Shown in pieces: positions 31,170 to 41,941 of a stretch of 64,000 nt of DNA. Numbering within the stretch: the first letter of the stretch is position 1; every line of letters starts with the position of its first letter. This DNA comes from an uncultured Nitrospiraceae bacterium (lineage in GTDB: Bacteria > Nitrospirota > Thermodesulfovibrionia > Thermodesulfovibrionales > Dissulfurispiraceae): the NCBI GenBank assembly GCA_963727805.1, contig CAVSHF010000005.1, positions 992,001 to 1,056,000 of the forward strand. Direction: 5' to 3'. A program made the position numbers and the translations under genes. The notes under the pieces were generated by a model that searched no databases, was not told the origin of the DNA, and saw only the letters and a list, made by a program, of their open reading frames with translations.

Positions 31170-31437
31170 CATTGATGGGTGTTATCCAAGCACCAAGCAC
31201 TCGGGGAAATCGATAATACCATTCTTTTACCGGTAAAATGAGTAACATCGGATTCCTCCGGTCAATCATGCCCCTCAGTCCCTACGTGTCGACGATCTCA
31301 TACCATCCCCTCACCATTTCATGGGCAAAGGTAACGGTTAGCTTCTCATTATCAACTCACCTGCTAAACAAAACGAGGAAGCAGCAATGCTATAACCCAG
31401 TACAAAATAATCTACTCGATGCCTTTTTCCCTCCCAT
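31170..31437 (-). pseudogene. Probable remnant of an exported rhodanese-like protein
   Basis: GAGGAGG RBS and ATG 31437, then stops; 'EKLTVTFAHEMVRGWYEIVDT*GLRGMID...MLLI' resembles the N-terminus of rhodanese-domain lipoproteins of anaerobes (recall only). Confidence 0.4.
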
Positions 31438-31760
31438 GATACGCCCTCCTCTGGTGGATTCTGTGGGACGGGAAATTAATTATAATCGTACAAATGGCCT
31501 TGCATGGGAATACAATAGGTTAAGTCGATTTAACATTAGGGGATAAATTTTTAGTATATTAATCAAACAGCAGCAAAAATGCCCAGGAGGCTCACTCTTC
31601 GCGAATCAATCGCAGCCAGCCATCAGATAAGCATAATCGAATATCATATGATGTCGCAGCTAGCACTGCAAACAATAATTATGCAGTACCTATAGCAATT
31701 GGAAATTCTTACTTGGATTGAGCAGACGATTCAAAGAGAGGGAAAACTGTTGAGAGGCAA

Positions 31761-32591
31761 CTAGACCGGCAGCGTCTTCATGCCGGCAACATTTTTGGCA
31801 ACTCTGTCATAAGCTGACTGATTGATACCGAGCACTTCAAGCAGCCTCGGCAAATCCATTTCGGTCGTTACCCCAAGCCCAATGCCTGCATCTAACACCA
31901 TTTTGTCTGAAACTCGTATGAGATAACAGAGCCCATCAAATTCGGACAGTTTGCCTGCTGATATAGGCTTGTCATGATGGTGCTCAAGCGTATACTGGTA
32001 AATCGGCGGGAGGTGCCAGCGCTCTGCGAGAGCAGCCCCAACAGCACAGTGGTTAAAGCCGAGCGCTTCCTCCTCAACAGCAGAGAAAGGGCGACCGCTC
32101 CGAATCGCCTCATCTTTCATTCGTTCATATTCTTCAGGAAGGCTCTCAAACAGTATTAACTTGCCAATATCATGCAGCAAACCCGCAACGACTGCAACTT
32201 CCCGCCGAATCTCAGCCGCATCTACTTGGCCAGCAAGCTCGTTTGCTGCAGCTGAAACAGCAAGTAGATGGCGGATAACGTCTTTATTTATGTTGCCAGT
32301 CATGCACTGATGCGTTAACGCTACAACAGACACCAAGGCTACCAGGTTGCTCAAACCGATGAACATGATGGTATCTGCGACGGAACTAATGGCCTTACCC
32401 GACGCATAAAACGGCGCATTCACTATTTTCAGCACCTCGGCAGTTAGGGCAGGGTCACGATAGATAATTTCTTCCAGTTTTGTTACAGAGCATAAATCGT
32501 CCTCAAGAGCTGCAATGATCTGGACAGCAGTGTCAGGCAAACCCGGGATATACAAATCTTCAAAGGAGATTTTTTTTTGAATATCGTCCAT
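31761..32591 (-). CDS. Stand-alone HDOD domain signalling protein
   Basis: 'DPALTAEVLKIVNAPFY', 'AGLLHDIGKL', 'E...GFNH..VG..LAERWHLP'. Confidence 0.9.
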   Translation of the reverse strand: MDDIQKKISFEDLYIPGLPDTAVQIIAALEDDLCSVTKLEEIIYRDPALTAEVLKIVNAPFYASGKAISSVADTIMFIGLSNLVALVSVVALTHQCMTGNINKDVIRHLLAVSAAANELAGQVDAAEIRREVAVVAGLLHDIGKLILFESLPEEYERMKDEAIRSGRPFSAVEEEALGFNHCAVGAALAERWHLPPIYQYTLEHHHDKPISAGKLSEFDGLCYLIRVSDKMVLDAGIGLGVTTEMDLPRLLEVLGINQSAYDRVAKNVAGMKTLPV

Positions 32592-33308
32592 TTTTTATTT
32601 TACCCTATTTATTACATCACAATCGATGTCTTTTCCATGGTAGCCAAAATTCACGGGTTATCTATGGCGCTGACCGTTGTCCACGGCTGTGACCAACCAG
32701 CAGGACATTCCCTATAATACCGCCGCCATCTTTTCGAGGGACTCATAAGTAAATCAATCCTATAATCGTTTGACTAAGAACTTGAGCGGGTGAATTGTAG
32801 AAATAATCTCTGCTTCTGAGAGGTTGAAACAGTTTATGCCTTTAAAAAGTAATGATCAGCTTACTTTGCAATCGAAACTTCGCGAACTGCTCACCACTTA
32901 ATCGCAGGAAATGGTTGTAGTGGGAGCCTCGCGATTCACAAACGCCAGCGTCTCGCTCTTGTGATTCAGTTTGTAGCATGTAATCAGTAATTATTACACC
33001 CAAGACGACATTACGCATTTGGGGCAGAGCATACCCTACCGATACAGTCCCCAGCTTTTATCACATAAGCAATCAGATTGGAGGGTTGCCTTAATAAGCA
33101 CAATGATGGCGCGATGATTGTCATAAAGAGAAGGCCCCGCGGAGCCAACTTACAGGAGTTGACTTCACACCTTTTTTCTTGTTAATCCTTTTTATTAGTG
33201 TTATTCTGTTCCTATGCTAAATCGAATTAATTTTCTGTCAGTTCAAATAGCTGTCATATCTCCTCTACAAAAGCCAAGACAAAGCCTAAAGGTAATGGAA
33301 TAAATTAC

Positions 33309-34484
33309 ATGATAAACCTAAGGCGTCAATTACCCTATAAGCCCACAGAAAGGATGAATGTCGTTAGCTATCCTATACGGGACATAGTGATGGAAGCGAA
33401 GCGCGAGGAGGCAAAGGGTAAGAAGATGATCTACTTAAACATCGGCGACCCGCCCCAATACGGCTTTAAGCCGTTCAACGTGATAGCAGAACGAGTGAAA
33501 AGCGCGCTTAACGAATCCTGGAAGGGCTATGCGCCTTCCGAAGGCGACGAGCAACTCCGAAGCACAGTAGCCAAGATTGAGAAGGGCAATCCTGACGATG
33601 TGTTTATCGTCGCTGGCCTCACAGAGGGGATAGACTTTTTCTTCCATTCGTTCATCGGGTTTGGAGAAAAGGTGCTACTTCCGAACCCGGTGTATCCGCT
33701 TTACCTGAGCAAGGCGAAACAGTTCGAAGGTGACAGTGTGTTCTACAGGCACGATGCTGAAGGTCAGATTGACTTAGAAAACCTGGAGAGAAAGATCGAC
33801 GGTGCGAAGGCCATGGTAATAATCAACCCCAATAATCCATTGGGCTCGGTCTATACTGAAAAGAACCTCTCAGAAGTTGTTAAACTCTGCGCCAAGTGTG
33901 ATGTCCCTATATTTTACGACGGATCTTACGACCAACTTATATTTGAGGGAAGCCAGGTAGACTTCAGGAAGATAGCCAGGAACAAGGTCCCTTTCATATA
34001 CGGGAGCTCGCTTTCCAAGGACTTCAGCTACCCTGGGGCAAGAATAGGATGGGTAGCCTTTCACGGAGATAGATGGGCAGAGGTCAAAAATGCTTTCTTT
34101 CTACTGTGTAACCAACGCCTTTCCGTGAATTGGGAGTTCCAGAAGGCGGCGTCGGCTGCGTTAATGGATCCATCATACCCGGCGTATGTTGCAGACATGA
34201 AGATAAAGCTTATGGAAAGGAGAAACACGTTTGTCAAGATGGCCCGAACACTACAGCTCTCATTCCCGGTTCCGAATGGCGCATTCTATGCATTCATGAA
34301 AATAGAAACCCCGAGGTGGAAGAAGGATTTGGAATTCATTCGGGCTGCACTTAAGGAGGGAGTTGTCTTCGTTCCTGGTTCTGGGTTCGGAAGACAGGAA
34401 GACGGAGTCTATTTTAGAAGCACGTTCCTGCCTGAGTCAGAAATAATAGAAGAGGCATTCGGAAAAATCCGGCGCTTACTTTGA
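33309..34484 (+). CDS. PLP-dependent aminotransferase class I/II (alanine aminotransferase-like)
   Basis: 'YPIRD', 'LNIGDP', 'INPNNPLG', 'SLSKDFSYPGARIGW'. Confidence 0.88.
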   Translation: MINLRRQLPYKPTERMNVVSYPIRDIVMEAKREEAKGKKMIYLNIGDPPQYGFKPFNVIAERVKSALNESWKGYAPSEGDEQLRSTVAKIEKGNPDDVFIVAGLTEGIDFFFHSFIGFGEKVLLPNPVYPLYLSKAKQFEGDSVFYRHDAEGQIDLENLERKIDGAKAMVIINPNNPLGSVYTEKNLSEVVKLCAKCDVPIFYDGSYDQLIFEGSQVDFRKIARNKVPFIYGSSLSKDFSYPGARIGWVAFHGDRWAEVKNAFFLLCNQRLSVNWEFQKAASAALMDPSYPAYVADMKIKLMERRNTFVKMARTLQLSFPVPNGAFYAFMKIETPRWKKDLEFIRAALKEGVVFVPGSGFGRQEDGVYFRSTFLPESEIIEEAFGKIRRLL

Positions 34485-34913
34485 CCCCATGTATTTCTCA
34501 CGCGCCACGATATCTTCCTCATAATATTAGAATACAAACTTCGATTGTATATCCTTAATCTTGAGTTAACTGTCGGACTGAGGACTTGGAGATGTTCCCT
34601 GTTGCCTTTAGACCAGGCGGAAGCAAAGCTAGCACTCCAATAGCTATATAGGGCGCCCTACTTTAAGCTATTCCAAGGTCTTAACTGCGGAGATCAGATT
34701 CGGACAACATATTTCTATCACCGTTTTGGCATTAAAATACAATATCCTTTCCGCCTACTCTATTCTGAGATACCATTCAGCATTATTGAAGATTGAATGA
34801 CAACGGTGGTGACGATATAATCATACCAGAGGACGAGAAAGGTCGATAATTGCGTTATAGCAGAACTCGACCTGATTCGAGAGGCAGATGTTGCTGGCCG
34901 AGCGGAGGGAATC

Positions 34914-35705
34914 GTGGACCTAAAACTGAAAGGCAAACTGGCTCTAGTGTCTGGTAGCACCGCCGGAATTGGTTTCTCAATAGCAGAATCACTCGCCCGC
35001 GAAGGGACTCACGTTATCATTAACGGTCGATCACGAGATTCTGTGGAAGCGGCGCTTGCGCGACTGCGAAAAAAATTCAACTGTATACTTTTTGGCTTCG
35101 CGGGCGATCTAAGCACCGCGGACGCAGCAAACGAAGTTGCTCGAGAATACTCTGACGTAGAAATACTAGTCAATAATCTGGGCATTTACGAGCCGAGCCC
35201 CTTCGAGGATATCTCAGATGATGACTGGAGACGTCTCTTTGAGGTCAACGTTTTAAGCGGGGTGCGTCTTGCGCGGCTTTTTCTCCCAGCAATGAAGCAC
35301 GATGGTTGGGGACGCATCATCTTCATTTCCAGTGAGAGTGGCGTTCAGATTCCAGCCGAAATGATTCATTATGGCGTAACTAAAACGGCTGTGCTTGGGG
35401 TTGCTCGCGGATTGGCTGAGGCAGTTGCTGGTACAGGCATTACTGTCAATAGTATTCTTCCGGGGCCTACCAAATCTCGTGGGATAGTTGATTTTGTCGG
35501 GGCACTTGCAAAGACTGAAAACAAGTCTTTCGAAGAGTTTGAAAAAAAATTCTTCCGCGATATCCGACCCACATCACTCATCAAAAGATTTGCCTCGCCC
35601 GAGGAAGTTGCTTCCCTGGTGACTTATATCGCCAGCCCGCTCTCATCGGCTACTACAGGTGCCCCCTTGCGGGTCGATGGGGGGATAGTAAAAAGCGTCT
35701 TCTAG
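34914..35705 (+). CDS. SDR family oxidoreductase
   Basis: 'SGSTAGIG', 'LVNNLG', YxxxK ('YGVTK'). Confidence 0.9.
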   Translation: MDLKLKGKLALVSGSTAGIGFSIAESLAREGTHVIINGRSRDSVEAALARLRKKFNCILFGFAGDLSTADAANEVAREYSDVEILVNNLGIYEPSPFEDISDDDWRRLFEVNVLSGVRLARLFLPAMKHDGWGRIIFISSESGVQIPAEMIHYGVTKTAVLGVARGLAEAVAGTGITVNSILPGPTKSRGIVDFVGALAKTENKSFEEFEKKFFRDIRPTSLIKRFASPEEVASLVTYIASPLSSATTGAPLRVDGGIVKSVF

Positions 35706-35768
35706 GCCAAGATACGCTAAGAGGATATTGCCTATCCCTTAAGCTGATTGCCGGAAAGGAGTTGTTCT

Positions 35769-36500
35769 GTGGACGAATTGACAGGAAAAGTGGCGCTTGT
35801 GACAGGAGCAAGCCGCGGAATCGGACGAGCGATCGCCGTTGCGCTTGCCAGAGCGGGTGTTAATGTCGCAATCAACTACCTGAGTCGTGATAAAGAAGCA
35901 CATGAGGTAATTTCACAGATTAGGGAGCTCGGTCGTCTTGCTGTGGCAGTTAAAGCTGATGTGGCCGTATCGGTTGACATCCAACACATTATATGCATTA
36001 TAGAGAAAGAACTCGGCATGCCATCTATTCTTGTAAACAATGCCGGAATCGGCGTGGCACATTCACTTGAAGACATAACTGAAAAAGATTGGAACAACAC
36101 AATTGCTGTGAATCTCACATCGGCATTTCTGACAATTCAAGCGATTCTTCCTGGAATGCGCGCCCTGAAATGGGGCCGTATCATTAGCATTTCGTCAGTC
36201 GCGGCTCAGCTAGGAGGTGTTGTCGGCCCCCATTATGCAGCCTCAAAAGCTGGTATTCTGGGATTGACACATTACTACGCTGCTCACCTAGCAAAGGAAG
36301 GCATTACAGTTAATGCAATCGCTCCCGGCCCGATATGCACCGAAATGGTCTCCGGACTCGGTCAATTGAAGCCCGATCTAATCCCGGTGGGACGTTTTGG
36401 GACGGTGGATGAGGTCGCTGATGTTGCTATTATGCTTGCTCGTAATGGCTATATCACCGGACAAACGCTCAATATTAATGGGGGAAGATACCTGAGCTGA
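35769..36500 (+). CDS. SDR family oxidoreductase (FabG-like)
   Basis: 'TGASRGIG', 'NNAG', 'YAASK'; GTG 35769 has GAAAGGAG RBS. Confidence 0.9.
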   Translation: MDELTGKVALVTGASRGIGRAIAVALARAGVNVAINYLSRDKEAHEVISQIRELGRLAVAVKADVAVSVDIQHIICIIEKELGMPSILVNNAGIGVAHSLEDITEKDWNNTIAVNLTSAFLTIQAILPGMRALKWGRIISISSVAAQLGGVVGPHYAASKAGILGLTHYYAAHLAKEGITVNAIAPGPICTEMVSGLGQLKPDLIPVGRFGTVDEVADVAIMLARNGYITGQTLNINGGRYLS

Positions 36501-36722
36501 TTCCTCTGAAACAAGTTTTTTTGTTGCGCTCCTATGCCTTAAATGCGCACTTCTGTTTTTCTAGCTGGTCTAGCGGCGTGAGTAGGTCTCTTTAGCTGTG
36601 ATTGCTTAGCTCGAAATTCAATATCTATAAATTCAAGACTTTTGGCAATTTCCGGGCAGGGCATCTCCACCTTGCGTTATGTAGATAATATCTGTCGGCA
36701 TTTTTAAGGTCGGATGGATTGC

Positions 36723-37166
36723 CTACGCTTTGGGGAATGACGGAATTCTTGTTTTCCTTCTGATCCAGACAACGAACGCTAGAGAACAACCTACCATTCT
36801 GGCAATAGAGACATCAGCATATTTCGGTAACAACTTCACAATACGGTTGGCAAGCGGCGTGTTGAGGTCCCACGAAAAAGAAAATACGTATGCAGGTACA
36901 GTCCCTTTATCGATATAAGTTTTTACTGTGTCACTCGTGACAACTGAACCGACCATTTCCAGCACTCGTTCTCGCGGGAAAGATGACTGTAATTCTTGAA
37001 GCAAGGCAAGTCGCGTTCCCAGGCTCTGTCGCGATGTTCCCTCTCTAAGCCATCTTTCGACTGTAACAGGAGTCACTCCGAGAAGCTCTGCAAACGCCTC
37101 GTTCGAGAGCATAAGTCTCGTTTGGATGCTGCGGACATCTTGGGCTGAGAAAAAAAAGCCGGACAT
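36723..37166 (-). CDS. XRE-family helix-turn-helix protein
   Basis: 'LSNEAFAELLGVTPVTVERW' HTH; second HTH-like segment 'DVSIARMVGCS' at C-terminus. Confidence 0.65.
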   Translation of the reverse strand: MSGFFFSAQDVRSIQTRLMLSNEAFAELLGVTPVTVERWLREGTSRQSLGTRLALLQELQSSFPRERVLEMVGSVVTSDTVKTYIDKGTVPAYVFSFSWDLNTPLANRIVKLLPKYADVSIARMVGCSLAFVVWIRRKTRIPSFPKA

Positions 37167-37192
37167 TGGTTAGTTTACCTTCAAGGAGGCCA

Positions 37193-37771
37193 CTATAGCG
37201 CCATCCTGATCGATACCATCATGCCATTTGCAAGAACGGAAGAACTGCCCTTCGTGTTAAGTGTCATGGAATCCATTTGATATCGTCCCCAATCATTGTT
37301 TGCCTTCAAACTGCTGCTGGCAACAATGCTTGGATTGTCCCCGACAACAATGATTGGAATCATTCTAGACTGTGAGTAATCTTTAGGGTTCGGTCCGGAG
37401 TCAGTACTGGTGACGCTGAGCCTTCTCTCTATGCCGATTCCCTCATCCGTCATGATATTTTGCTCCTTGTCAGTTTTGTGAACCGATGATTGCCGCATTG
37501 GAATTTGTACGATGCCGGAGTTGGTGCTATTAACTGGCGCAGAGGTATCAGCAGTCTCGGTAACGGAGGTTGATTCATTTGAAGAGTGGAGTTGATATGC
37601 CAATTTTTGAGCACTTTCTATAGAGCCACCTGCTGCGCTTTGAATGTATGCAAGTGACACGATAAAAAAGAAGATACCCAAAATACTTTTATTAAGAACC
37701 GCGATCCATACAATACCTTGATATTTCAATCCTGTTTTCCTCAATATTCTCATATGTTCTATAAAATACAC
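37193..37771 (-). CDS. Hypothetical exported/membrane-anchored protein
   Basis: Hydrophobic N-terminal segment followed by Ser/Thr-rich region; start uncertain. Confidence 0.5.
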   Translation of the reverse strand: MYFIEHMRILRKTGLKYQGIVWIAVLNKSILGIFFFIVSLAYIQSAAGGSIESAQKLAYQLHSSNESTSVTETADTSAPVNSTNSGIVQIPMRQSSVHKTDKEQNIMTDEGIGIERRLSVTSTDSGPNPKDYSQSRMIPIIVVGDNPSIVASSSLKANNDWGRYQMDSMTLNTKGSSSVLANGMMVSIRMAL

Positions 37772-38220
37772 AGCATTTTATAACTGCATACAGTGCATTG
37801 CTTGACCATTCACTTACACCTATGCATTATTATTTTGACCTATGATTATGAAAATTCAATTAACAATTTATTAAAACTTCTTAATTCAGAATCTCGCTTA
37901 TTTTGCGGAGATACGAAGGACAAGAGAAAACCCACTTGCTCTTTCTCATATCGGCATCTGTAACTGTGGTAGCCATCAATCCCGAGATAATAGCTATACT
38001 AAGGATTTAGTGGAGGAGTTATGGAAACTCTGCAAGATAGTTACGCGTGAAAAACTCGGCTGCAAGTATGCTATATAGACCTATTGTAAAACTATTGATT
38101 TACAGTTAGGATCCGCACTATACTGAAAGCGGCATAAAGTTATGCATGATAGAAAAATCTTCATCATGTTTTTACACTAAAGAGGACTGACTTAAGAACT
38201 TTTTAAAGAAAAGGAGAGTC

Positions 38221-39930
38221 ATGACGAGCGTGGACAAAATGGGAACTGAGAAGTGGTCAAAATTTATGAGGAGATTTATTATCTCAGCATCTTTTCTTAT
38301 TTTATTCCAGACAGTTGTTTTTTTAATGTTTTACATCGACCAGAAAACGGCAGCCTATCTATACTTATATGGCCTGTCACTCGTGGCTACAGCCTCTGCG
38401 ATTGCATATCTTTACTTGTCTGTTGTAAAGCCAGCAAGCCATATCGCCACGTTAATAAATGTTTTTTCAGCGGAGGAAAGACCTCTTTCAATGGAAGAAC
38501 TTGAGACATTCAACGATGAGACTAAAGAAATGGCAAATGCCTTAATCGACATTACCGAAAAACCAAAGCACACCATAGCGGCTAATTTGAACAAGACAAT
38601 GAAAGTGGCTAACAAATCGGCAAATGTGATAAGACGCATAAAAGGAACTGCCACTGGTGCAAACAAACAGAGCGACCTTACGGATGTGATATTCAACCTA
38701 AGCAACACTGCTAGCTCTGCCATAACAGATATTGCGAAGAATGCCCAGTCAATTTCTGCCTCAACATCACAGAACCTTCAAACCGCTAAAGATTCTCTTC
38801 AAGAATTAGTCAATGTTACGGGAGAAGTGAGCAAGATCAATGTAAAGCTTTCAAGTTTCACCGAAACCGTAATGACATTAAGCAAGAATTCTGAAAGCAT
38901 ACGGCAGATCGTATCGTTAATAAAAGACATTTCTGACCAGACCAACCTATTGGCGCTTAACGCAGCCATCGAGGCCGCCCGCGCGGGTGAGCAGGGCAGG
39001 GGATTTGCGGTTGTTGCAGATGAGGTCAGGAAACTCGCCGAGAGGGTGAATGCCGCGACCGGAGATATCTCTGGCAACATAAATGAAATGGGTAAACAGG
39101 TGTCAAGTACGCTATCTGAAATAAAGGGGATCAACGAGTACACAGTCCATCTAAGAGATGTAGTGGAAAAGACTTCGGATAATTTCAAAGGGATGTTATC
39201 GGACTTTGAAAACAACAGCGCTCAGATCAATGGTATTACAGAAGCAATTGAAAATCTTTCCCAGACCAATGAGGATATTCATGGGAAAGCATCTGAAATA
39301 CGCACCTTGAGTATGCAGACAACACAGCAGATGAATGAATCGGAATCATACTCCTCCGACCTGTTTAATATTGCTGAGGAGATGCAGGAGGACCTGTCTT
39401 CATTTATGATCGGTACGGGCCTTGTTCAGGATGTAATTAATAAGACAATCGGATATAGAAATATCTTTCAGGACAGGATTAATGCGTATTACAGCAAAGG
39501 AATAAATGTTTTCGATACAAATTACAGGGAGATACCCAACAGTAATCCGAAGCGTTACAAAACCGCATATGATGATATAGTTGAGAAGGATCTGCAACCT
39601 CTTTATGATAAGGCACTTTCTGATATCCAGGGTGCTCTTTACGTTCTTTGCGTCGACGAGAACGGATATGCACCAAGCCATAATAGCAAGTTTTCAAAAA
39701 CGCCGACAGGGAATTATGACATCGACCTGTTAAACTGCAGAGACAAAAGGAAGTTCAGTGACAAAGTTGGCATAGCATTAGCGAAAAATACCAGGCCGTT
39801 TCTGCTCCAGACATATATGAGAGATACCGGAGAAACAGTAAATGATTTTTCAATGCCTATTTTTGTAGCGGGTAGACATTGGGGTGCTGTCAGAATAGGC
39901 GCACTGGCATCAGTCTTGGGAACGGAATAA
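38221..39930 (+). CDS. Methyl-accepting chemotaxis protein with C-terminal extra domain
   Basis: Two N-terminal TMs, '[35 protein letters not shown]', AAGGAG RBS. Confidence 0.93.
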   Translation: MTSVDKMGTEKWSKFMRRFIISASFLILFQTVVFLMFYIDQKTAAYLYLYGLSLVATASAIAYLYLSVVKPASHIATLINVFSAEERPLSMEELETFNDETKEMANALIDITEKPKHTIAANLNKTMKVANKSANVIRRIKGTATGANKQSDLTDVIFNLSNTASSAITDIAKNAQSISASTSQNLQTAKDSLQELVNVTGEVSKINVKLSSFTETVMTLSKNSESIRQIVSLIKDISDQTNLLALNAAIEAARAGEQGRGFAVVADEVRKLAERVNAATGDISGNINEMGKQVSSTLSEIKGINEYTVHLRDVVEKTSDNFKGMLSDFENNSAQINGITEAIENLSQTNEDIHGKASEIRTLSMQTTQQMNESESYSSDLFNIAEEMQEDLSSFMIGTGLVQDVINKTIGYRNIFQDRINAYYSKGINVFDTNYREIPNSNPKRYKTAYDDIVEKDLQPLYDKALSDIQGALYVLCVDENGYAPSHNSKFSKTPTGNYDIDLLNCRDKRKFSDKVGIALAKNTRPFLLQTYMRDTGETVNDFSMPIFVAGRHWGAVRIGALASVLGTE

Positions 39931-40678
39931 AACTGCCCGATTGAAACAGATGAGCTACAGGATCCACCCCGCTGGGCTCTGCAATAACGTAATCGGCCAA
40001 GCAATATCAAGACTGAGGACGTAATAGCATGTTTATCAAGTGGTTAGGGGCTCGGAGAATAGGTCTAAGCCGTCGCGATGAAAAACATATGGCAGTTATA
40101 TTAACAAACACTATTACGCTAACCACAGGACATACTTTTGTCTTTCACGATCTCACCGTTGCTAGCCTCGCCCAAAGAGTTAGTGATGCGCTGCCGTGCA
40201 AGCTTTTCTCCGTAATATTCACTATTGTAGCAAAATGCCGTATACAAGATAGCAAGAAAGAAATGGTGCAACAATGTCTTCATTGCTTAAATGCGGTAGA
40301 AAGCGTTCCAATAGTTCGTATTCTGGTAATAAAGATCATTCGGAGAATTTCTTGCTTTTTGACAGTGATTGAGGTCCAGATTTGCAAATAATGATCATCT
40401 GAAATGAACGGGAACTGGTGCCCATTTATTTTCCGGCTTATAAAATTAGGTTTATTTTTCTTCTATTGGATATACAGACACAACGTCAGTTTACCTTAAA
40501 AATATAATCGAAGTATAAAATAATGCTTTCTAAAATATTAAAGTCCATCAACCCGTTTACGAAGATATATTTAACGTCACTGAATGGAGCATGGACATGA
40601 ATGGCATCGAAATATGAGTAAAACATGATAACTCATGATACAGAGGACACACCCAGCAGCTACCCTATTCAAGAAACA

Positions 40679-40717
40679 AAAAGGCCGCTGCAAGGACTTT
40701 CCTCTCAGCAGGCCTTT
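40679..40717. terminator. Hairpin/terminator downstream of the cytochrome operon
   Basis: AAAAGGCCGCTG…CAGCAGGCCTTTT imperfect stem with A/T runs on both sides. Confidence 0.6.
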
Positions 40718-40743
40718 TCTCGGTCTTTGCTGTTTTGTTCTCG

Positions 40744-41133
40744 CTACTTCTTAGCCTGTTTCGACGCTTTATTGAACCCCTTTGTCCCGATATGACATCT
40801 GGCGCACTGGGTATCCGAGGCGAATGCCATGCCGTCCTTTGCATGGCATGTTCCACAGTATTTCTTGTCATAGAGACCCTTCATATTGAAATCAGGCTTA
40901 TTCTGAGCACTCAATGCTTCCATCTGAAAGATCTTCTCATGGCATGCATTGCAATCAAGCCCCATGGCTGCATGACTCTTATGGCTGAACAACACTGATT
41001 TCACAGGCTTGCCATAGATAATCTCCCCGCCTCCGATCGTTTCATCTTCTGCAATGCTCCGTCCCTCATACACGGTCATCATCACCGCAACGGCGAGCAA
41101 AATAATTAACACAGATATATGTTTCATGCGCAC
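40744..41133 (-). CDS. Triheme c7/c3-type periplasmic cytochrome c
   Basis: Signal peptide, 'FSHKSH', CNACH, CGTCH, CARCH. Confidence 0.9.
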   Translation of the reverse strand: MRMKHISVLIILLAVAVMMTVYEGRSIAEDETIGGGEIIYGKPVKSVLFSHKSHAAMGLDCNACHEKIFQMEALSAQNKPDFNMKGLYDKKYCGTCHAKDGMAFASDTQCARCHIGTKGFNKASKQAKK

Positions 41134-41157
41134 TGGGTACCCTCCCTCCTCATTTTA

Positions 41158-41913
41158 CTAACCTTTTGTGTAAAAAACATTCGGCTTTGCTCCGGCTTCA
41201 GGCCTCAATACCCATACCGTCTTTTCGAGGTTATGCACCGTCCGGAATACCTCGCTCCCTGAATCCGAAAGGTCTCCAAAGGTCCTGCATTTCGCCGGAC
41301 ATGCTTCAGCGCATGCAGTCAACTTCTCACCTTTGGAAAGCCGCGAGTTGAAGCAGAAATCGCATTTATCGACTGCTCTCGTCTCCTCATTAAAATACCG
41401 GGCGTTGTACGGGCAGGCCGCCAGGCAGGTCTTGCACCCAATGCACTTTTTTGACTCCATCATAACGATGCCGGTCGTTGGGCTCTTGTACGTTGCCTTT
41501 GTCGGACATCCGGTTACACAAGGAGGATTATTGCACTGGTTACACAGCACCGGGATGAATTCCCTGGACCTCTCCACCGCCTTGCGGTCCTCACGCTCCA
41601 GTATCCGCGTCCTGTATCCATAGGTCGGAACATTGTTCGTCTTGGCACAAACCGTCGTACACACTTCGCAGTCGATACAGCGGTCCTGATGTACAACCAT
41701 ACTGTAATGAGGCTTGTACGGATACTGTTCTGTAAACTCGCGGGTCGACGCAAAGGCCTTTCCAACTATCGAAGTCGCCGAAAGAATGCTCCCCCCCGCA
41801 AAAACCCCGGTGATCAGCAGGCCGAGTTTCAGAAAGTCACGCCTTTCAAGTGAGGGTATGATTTCGGGACTCTCCCGCTTCATACCGTCTATGTTTATTT
41901 TTTTGGATATCAT
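41158..41913 (-). CDS. NrfC/PsrB-like 4x[4Fe-4S] protein with Tat signal
   Basis: 'ERRDFLK' twin-Arg motif; CIDCEVC, CNQCNNPPC..GCP, CIGCKTC..ACPY, KCDFC…ACAEACP. Confidence 0.9.
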   Translation of the reverse strand: MISKKINIDGMKRESPEIIPSLERRDFLKLGLLITGVFAGGSILSATSIVGKAFASTREFTEQYPYKPHYSMVVHQDRCIDCEVCTTVCAKTNNVPTYGYRTRILEREDRKAVERSREFIPVLCNQCNNPPCVTGCPTKATYKSPTTGIVMMESKKCIGCKTCLAACPYNARYFNEETRAVDKCDFCFNSRLSKGEKLTACAEACPAKCRTFGDLSDSGSEVFRTVHNLEKTVWVLRPEAGAKPNVFYTKG

Positions 41914-41941
41914 CTCATATCCTCCATTGCCAATATCAGTC

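Noticed and set aside
40029..40391. 120-aa ORF downstream of the MCP
   Set aside because: No recognisable motif or RBS; resemblance to a permease fragment too weak
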